From: a virus
Lineage: Duplodnaviria > Caudoviricetes
Strand: one strand, 5' to 3'
IMG/VR virus record: IMGVR_UViG_3300035396_000040
Location: 1-41,995 of that record
DNA: 41,995 bases
A program made the translations under genes and the position numbers. The notes below the pieces were generated by a model. It did no database searches and was not told the origin of the DNA. It was given only the letters and a program-made list of their open reading frames with translations. Position 1 is the first letter of the stretch; each line of letters begins with the position of its first letter. Positions 36,608-41,995 of this stretch are shown piece after piece.

Positions 36608-37411
36608 TTAAGATTTACCAAAATACTTAAAATACGTTTTTGGATCAGTTAAGTCATAAGTCGAAAGACCTTGGTTATGGAGTTCCTCTACAAGTTTATT
36701 GGAATTATCACGTTCCATATGTAGTTCTTCTGTAGAAGCTCCTAAGATAACTGGTTTCTTATTTCGACCTAATAGACTTTCATTTTGTGGTTGATAACCT
36801 GCTGTATTAATACTAGGTTTAGTAGAGGTTGATCGGGTAGTCCCAATCTCTTGTTTCTTCTCAATCCCTAGAATCTTAAATACAGCTTGTGGACTTTTAG
36901 CGGCGAGAGTGTTCATCTCTTCAACGCTCATACCTAGTTCTTTTGCTTTTGAATAAAAATTCACTTCAGCATCTTTACCAAAAGATTCCTGAAGCTGAGA
37001 CACTACAACTTTGAGATTGGCATCTTGTGTTGCTTTAGTCTCTCGTTGTGAAAGTGTTTGTGTGACTAGATTTGCTACCTCTTCAGCACTTAGTCCTGTT
37101 GGCGTTTGTGTCGCCTGTTGTGACTGTCCTGAAGTGAGCTTAGTAACAGTATCTTCTACTGTGCTTAGACGTTCTACTTCTTTTTGCAGATTAGCAAGTT
37201 TAATCTCAAGCTGCTCTTTTTCTGTTTTGAGTTGTGGAATAAAATCTTGAGAATGCTTCAATGCATCTAGTGCAGTTTGAACATCTTTATACTTAGGCTC
37301 TCCACGTTCATTCTTAATTGATCCTAGCAGGTCAGCAAAGGAATTATCTGAACTCGTAGTTTGTTTCTGTTGATCAGTTGTCTGATCTTGAAAAATGTTT
37401 GTATCTGGCAT
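36608..37411 (-). CDS. capsid scaffolding protein
   Basis: Coiled-coil, Q/T-rich, between portal and MCP. Confidence 0.8.
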   Translation of the reverse strand: MPDTNIFQDQTTDQQKQTTSSDNSFADLLGSIKNERGEPKYKDVQTALDALKHSQDFIPQLKTEKEQLEIKLANLQKEVERLSTVEDTVTKLTSGQSQQATQTPTGLSAEEVANLVTQTLSQRETKATQDANLKVVVSQLQESFGKDAEVNFYSKAKELGMSVEEMNTLAAKSPQAVFKILGIEKKQEIGTTRSTSTKPSINTAGYQPQNESLLGRNKKPVILGASTEELHMERDNSNKLVEELHNQGLSTYDLTDPKTYFKYFGKS

Positions 37412-37469
37412 TGGTATGCTATTTAATCCTATAAATATTTATATACTAATTAACTACTATGTATTTATA

Positions 37470-37498
37470 TATACTAGATATATAAGAAAAAGGGTACA
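37470..37498 (-). promoter_or_regulatory. candidate late promoter for scaffold/MCP
   Basis: TGTACC-CTTTT...(17 nt)-AGTATA in an AT-rich intergenic gap. Confidence 0.55.
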
Positions 37499-37741
37499 TT
37501 AATCTGATAATAAACTAATGATTTCTTCTAAAGCTCGTTCATACCCACATAAATCTGCTTGTTGATATGCCCAATTAGGACTTTCATAAGCTGATTCAGA
37601 AATACGTTTAGCTCTTAATACAAGAATCTTATCTTTACTAATCTCAGTAAGCTTCTCTCGTATATCTTTAGATGCACCAAAAGAAGCCTTGAGAGACTCC
37701 TTTTGTTTTGCATTCATTCCTTTTAACCAAGTGACTTTCAT
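37499..37741 (-). CDS. hypothetical protein (80 aa)
   Basis: Between portal and scaffold; YESPNWAYQQAD..GYERAL. Confidence 0.8.
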   Translation of the reverse strand: MKVTWLKGMNAKQKESLKASFGASKDIREKLTEISKDKILVLRAKRISESAYESPNWAYQQADLCGYERALEEIISLLSD

Positions 37742-37742
37742 A

Positions 37743-39497
37743 CTATCCTATCGGGGGAGGGGGAGTAGATTGCTCTACTTCTAAATCTTCCTGAGCTTGC
37801 CCCATTAAACGTTGTGTCTCTTGTTGTTCAAAGATTGCAACATTTGGACTAAATAACTGATAACGTTGTAACCCCATTACATCCTCTACCAACTTAGCAA
37901 GGCTCTTAGATGACGTGTGAGGTGCTAGGAGGGCCGCCATTGGACTTGCCATGATGCCCTGAAGGTTCTGCATCAACTGAGCCTGTGCAGCGAAGTGTCG
38001 GGCTCCTATGGGCCTTAGCTTGCCAGATGCTACAATGTCATCCTTAGTGATTTCAATAAACTGTTGAACACCTAGATCATCATTCATAACACGGACAATA
38101 TCATTACTATCTAGATTACGTCTTGCAATCTCAAGCATAGCATTTAAAACAGGTTCCAAGAGTTCAATCTCAAATGTAGTAATCTTCTCTTGAAAGATAC
38201 GCCCAGCAGCATTCTGTAACTGTTGTACTTCAAATGCTGTCTTTTCTCCCGGAGTACGGATACCCATAGCTTCAGAAGGAGCACCTGCAAACTGCTCCAT
38301 AAGAGCTAGAAGATATTGAATCTCATTATTAGCTTGAATAACCCACTGTGCATTCTTACCCAGTTCTTGAACAGAACCATTCTCATCAATATGAATTTCA
38401 CCAAATGGTTTATACTCAAATTCTTCTACTTCACCAGCAATAACCAGAGGAGGAGCAACAGCTAAATCCATTGCATCTGCTTTAAGATTCTCTAAGTGAT
38501 CTAGACGATATTGGAGCCCTACAAGATTATCTAGTGGGCCCATAGACCAAAGATTATCTGGACGCATACGCCAACCAACATGGTAGATGGGTGCATGAGC
38601 AAGCCATGAGGGAATAGGTTCTTTACGAATAACCCATGCTCTATCAATGACTGTCACAACCATATTTGTTTCAAGTTCATTAGTTTCTTGGTTATGAATG
38701 TCACCAAAAAACTCTAAAATCTCTACATAACCACTCTGCAAATACTCAGAATAGTTACCAAAACCATCAACAAGAAAACCTTCTGACTTATCTAAGTCTT
38801 CCAATCCATAAGCATTTGAATACTTCAATACCTTATCTCGTTGTGTAATTGCATTCTGTAGATACCTATTATCAGGTTCATCCTTAGACATAGCAATTAA
38901 TTCACCAATAGTTTTTAGACTACGTACAATCTTATAACTATCTTTGAATGTAGAAGCAATAGGATTAAAAACAATATCAAGAGGAGAGATACGTCTAGCG
39001 ATAGGCCCAATGTAGTCAATCATTTTATTGCCTTGAGCATCTTCACGGACAGATGATTCAAAATCAACTGTTACAAATGAATTCCCATAGTCAATATAAT
39101 CATACAAAAGCTTACTCATTTCTGTACGAAAATGGCTCTCTCGTGTCTTATTAGACATATAAGCTTCAATTGCTACTACCTTTTTCTTAAAAGAATCCTC
39201 TTTGGTGTATGCTTCCCATTTAAGCCATTCATCATTCGGGAACAGAGCAGATAGGTAGTTAGAATGTAGATTATCTCGAATTTGACAAAGCTTTGGGAGA
39301 GTAGTGCTATTCTTCCAAGGAAGCTTCTTATTAGTCGTTGTAGTAGTGTCTGTTGCAAAGATGTAATTCCTAAGTTCTTTCCAAGCTTCAATCTTAGGGA
39401 AACGTTGTGAATTATAATTATCCCAAGTGGCTGCGATATAACGAGCCATCGTATCCCTACCAAATAGGGAAGTGATTTCTAATGCTTTATTACCCAT
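37743..39497 (-). CDS. portal protein
   Basis: 584 aa after terminase; DYGNS, ISPLD, GIRTPGEKTAFEVQQL. Confidence 0.9.
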   Translation of the reverse strand: MGNKALEITSLFGRDTMARYIAATWDNYNSQRFPKIEAWKELRNYIFATDTTTTTNKKLPWKNSTTLPKLCQIRDNLHSNYLSALFPNDEWLKWEAYTKEDSFKKKVVAIEAYMSNKTRESHFRTEMSKLLYDYIDYGNSFVTVDFESSVREDAQGNKMIDYIGPIARRISPLDIVFNPIASTFKDSYKIVRSLKTIGELIAMSKDEPDNRYLQNAITQRDKVLKYSNAYGLEDLDKSEGFLVDGFGNYSEYLQSGYVEILEFFGDIHNQETNELETNMVVTVIDRAWVIRKEPIPSWLAHAPIYHVGWRMRPDNLWSMGPLDNLVGLQYRLDHLENLKADAMDLAVAPPLVIAGEVEEFEYKPFGEIHIDENGSVQELGKNAQWVIQANNEIQYLLALMEQFAGAPSEAMGIRTPGEKTAFEVQQLQNAAGRIFQEKITTFEIELLEPVLNAMLEIARRNLDSNDIVRVMNDDLGVQQFIEITKDDIVASGKLRPIGARHFAAQAQLMQNLQGIMASPMAALLAPHTSSKSLAKLVEDVMGLQRYQLFSPNVAIFEQQETQRLMGQAQEDLEVEQSTPPPPIG

Positions 39498-39500
39498 TCA

Positions 39501-41105
39501 TTATCCTCTGTAAGCAATTCCACCGAAGCGCGAATTAAACTGTACTACATTCTTATAAGAATCATCTCTATCTCTAGATGACTTAGGTTTAACAGCAATC
39601 TCTACAACAGATGCTAGACAGTCCTTTACGTCATCATGTGGGGGCTTAGAGAGCACAAGTTCTTCTTCAAGAACATCAATATATCCACCCTTAAAATGCC
39701 ATATATCCTGATTATCATATCTATGCTCTAGGGCTGCTGCTATACGCTCTTCCTTCGTCCCTTCATTGCGTGTTGGTCTATGCTCATCAATAGAGAGACG
39801 AAGCCCTTCTAGACGCAATCTGTCCTTCAGATCACCTACAATAATCTGTTGGGCTACTGTTACTTCAGCCCTAAGTTTCTTAAATTCCCATTTAATTAAA
39901 AGAACTTTGATATGCTCAAAATACTCATTAATCTTATCTGATTTAAAACGATCAATATCTAGAACATAGATGTATCCATCTGAATCAATTCCTACAACAA
40001 CAATTGCAGTGTAGTCACTCTTCTTATGCAGAGAGAAAGCAAAGTCAATAGCTGCATACACATTAAGTTTCTTATTCTTAAAGTGCCAACCATTATCTTT
40101 TAGTTGTAAATACTTCTTATCATAATATTGGAATCTATCTCGATTAATACGATTTGATCCGGGATCATTTGGATTGTTATAGTATTGAGCATAGAACTGA
40201 ATCTTATCAGAATACTCTGCCCTAATACGTGCTAGAACATTTTGATCAAATCCAAATTGCTTCCCATCTGATCTAATTGCTTTAGGCCAAACAAACTCAC
40301 CATCAATCTCTACAACATATTCTTTAATATCCCATACGGGCTTACGATCTACCACTTCATTATCTGAATTATAAATATCATATTCTTGAAGCTTCCATAC
40401 AGCGTATATATCTGCTGGATGGTAACGTGTTCCGCATGCCATAGTGAATCCACCTGAATTACGGATAGAAGTGAATTGTGAAGACTTACGGCTTACATTC
40501 TCACGACCTTCTTCAGTATAGGCATTCTCAGGAACCACTAAGTCATCTGCTACAACAATATCAGCATGCCAACCAGTTGTATTAGTAGTAAGACCAGCGG
40601 TAGCAATAGTAGCATCACGAATACCTTCGCTACGCCTCCGAGGATGATCAATACAGAGTTTTTCGACACTCCATTTCTCACGGAGTCCCTCCTGTGGATT
40701 TACATATTCAGGGAAGTATCTCCGATAGACAGTTGATCCTAGAATATTCTTAATAGCATAAAGCTGTGTCTGAGCTAATTCTGCTGTAGCTGAGACGTAT
40801 AGCATTGTAATTTCTGGATGCCTAGTGATCACCCATGCACACCAAGTAGCCACCATATGACTCTTCAAGTGTGCTCGTGGGAGCATGATTAGTTTATTGC
40901 TAGTAAGAGAATCTCCCATACCAAATAGGTTATACTCTTGCATCCATTTGAAGATTTCTTTATGAACATCCCCATACATATAACCCGGATTCACTAGCTT
41001 TGCGAAGAAGAAAAGATCATTGAGAGCATTCTCCCGCATCTGCTTCGCTTCTTCAGGCATCCTCTCTTTTTTCTTCTCTGCTTCTGCAAGCCAATTATCA
41101 ATCAT
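39501..41105 (-). CDS. terL: terminase large subunit
   Basis: Walker A-like PRAHLKS, Walker B VVADD, GTRY, nuclease IDFA...DYTA...HDD. Confidence 0.93.
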   Translation of the reverse strand: MIDNWLAEAEKKKERMPEEAKQMRENALNDLFFFAKLVNPGYMYGDVHKEIFKWMQEYNLFGMGDSLTSNKLIMLPRAHLKSHMVATWCAWVITRHPEITMLYVSATAELAQTQLYAIKNILGSTVYRRYFPEYVNPQEGLREKWSVEKLCIDHPRRRSEGIRDATIATAGLTTNTTGWHADIVVADDLVVPENAYTEEGRENVSRKSSQFTSIRNSGGFTMACGTRYHPADIYAVWKLQEYDIYNSDNEVVDRKPVWDIKEYVVEIDGEFVWPKAIRSDGKQFGFDQNVLARIRAEYSDKIQFYAQYYNNPNDPGSNRINRDRFQYYDKKYLQLKDNGWHFKNKKLNVYAAIDFAFSLHKKSDYTAIVVVGIDSDGYIYVLDIDRFKSDKINEYFEHIKVLLIKWEFKKLRAEVTVAQQIIVGDLKDRLRLEGLRLSIDEHRPTRNEGTKEERIAAALEHRYDNQDIWHFKGGYIDVLEEELVLSKPPHDDVKDCLASVVEIAVKPKSSRDRDDSYKNVVQFNSRFGGIAYRG

Positions 41106-41293
41106 TATTCAACCCATTTTTTACTATAAGCAGGACGTTCCTTACCTTCAGCAGCTTTTGTATCCCCCTCAGCTTCAGCAATTGCAGCATCCACCTTACT
41201 CTTACGAGAGCGAATTTCCTTTTCAGCATTACCAGTCATACCACCAAAGATAGTCTCAACAATACCCTTAGATTTCTTTTTTTCTTCTGCCAT
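41105..41293 (-). CDS. small hypothetical protein (62 aa)
   Basis: TAATG coupled on both sides. Confidence 0.7.
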   Translation of the reverse strand: MAEEKKKSKGIVETIFGGMTGNAEKEIRSRKSKVDAAIAEAEGDTKAAEGKERPAYSKKWVE

Positions 41294-41694
41294 TATTTCG
41301 TTCCTTTAATTTTCTCTACTGTACGTAATCCACCAAGACCTAACATCCCTAAAAGAATAGGAAACATCTCTTCTAGACTTGCTGGTGCTAATGTAATATT
41401 ATAACTAAGTACAGCACATGCTGTCTTAACTATAGAGATACCAATCCAATTCCATGCACATGCTACTCCACAAGCCCATCCAATAAAAGGACGCCAACCT
41501 GAAGTGAAGAAAGAAGAACTAGCTGCTTCTACCTTATTTATCTCAAGTTGTCCTTGTGCTAATTGGAATTCCTGTGTTGCTTGCATAACAGCAAAAGCTG
41601 CTGCATTCTTCTCTTTCTCGCCTGCATCTGGAAAGATTTTATTAACAATAGAAGTAGCAAACTCTGCTACTGCTCCAATACCTGTAATATCCAT
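41293..41694 (-). CDS. holin (GTA 3TM holin-like)
   Basis: EINKVEA, SGWRPFIGW, LLGMLGLGGLRTVEK; SD GGAGG before ATG 41694. Confidence 0.85.
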   Translation of the reverse strand: MDITGIGAVAEFATSIVNKIFPDAGEKEKNAAAFAVMQATQEFQLAQGQLEINKVEAASSSFFTSGWRPFIGWACGVACAWNWIGISIVKTACAVLSYNITLAPASLEEMFPILLGMLGLGGLRTVEKIKGTK

Positions 41695-41995
41695 TAATAC
41701 CTCCAATTAGCGGGAGTAGGGAGAGAAGGGTCATCATCAACATGAATAAATGTATTAGCAATCCCTATTCTCTCAAATCCTGCTTCTTTACATGACTCTA
41801 GAATGGCCTTCTTTGTCTCTTGGTTGCATTTAATATCTACAGCGTAGCCCTTGGTATGGGCTGAGTGATCTTTGCCCCCTACAGCGCGATTGTGTGCCTC
41901 ACATCGAAATCCAGAATTAATGTAGAAAGGAATGTTGGCAATAGAACGAGCTTCTTCTAGTTTATTTAGTGTACTAGATTTCATTTCATTCTTTC
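41694..41995 (-). CDS. endolysin, peptidase M15 family (5' end probably outside window)
   Basis: SGFRC..HNRAVGG...SAH..G.AVD...FIHVD. Confidence 0.88.
   Translation of the reverse strand, partial: KNEMKSSTLNKLEEARSIANIPFYINSGFRCEAHNRAVGGKDHSAHTKGYAVDIKCNQETKKAILESCKEAGFERIGIANTFIHVDDDPSLPTPANWRY

Noticed and set aside
1-41995. Stop-codon reassignment, integrase, purZ/7-deazaguanine genes, phage RNAP
   Set aside because: Genes are intact in the standard code, no suppressor tRNA, and none of these families is recognisable

Overview
About 42 kb of a lytic, AT-rich podovirus-type dsDNA phage, with no integrase and no T7-type RNA polymerase. The layout resembles Zobellviridae (PA11/CW02/ICP2-like; inferred from gene content and order). 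Two arms converge on a bidirectional terminator at about 21.45 kb. The + strand arm carries sigma70 promoters, a highly structured ~600-nt non-coding leader with boxA-like sites, small early genes separated by RNase III-like hairpins, tRNA-Leu(UAA), a glutamine amidotransferase/amidoligase/ATP-grasp cluster, primase-helicase, dUTPase, an ECF-type sigma factor, family A DNA polymerase, SSB, exonuclease, ThyX, a phosphoesterase and a class II RNR. The - strand arm carries an M15 endolysin, holin, terminase, portal, scaffold, major capsid protein, head/tail proteins and ejection proteins. Most notable: (i) the structured, boxA-punctuated non-coding RNA at 419-1010; (ii) a group I intron encoding a LAGLIDADG endonuclease that splits the major capsid gene after codon 16; (iii) two genes that appear to need non-canonical start codons (ATC, ATA); (iv) a candidate phage-sigma promoter, one copy of which points antisense into the late operon; (v) a PolA with substitutions at normally conserved active-site residues. 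All calls are from motif reading; no searches were run.
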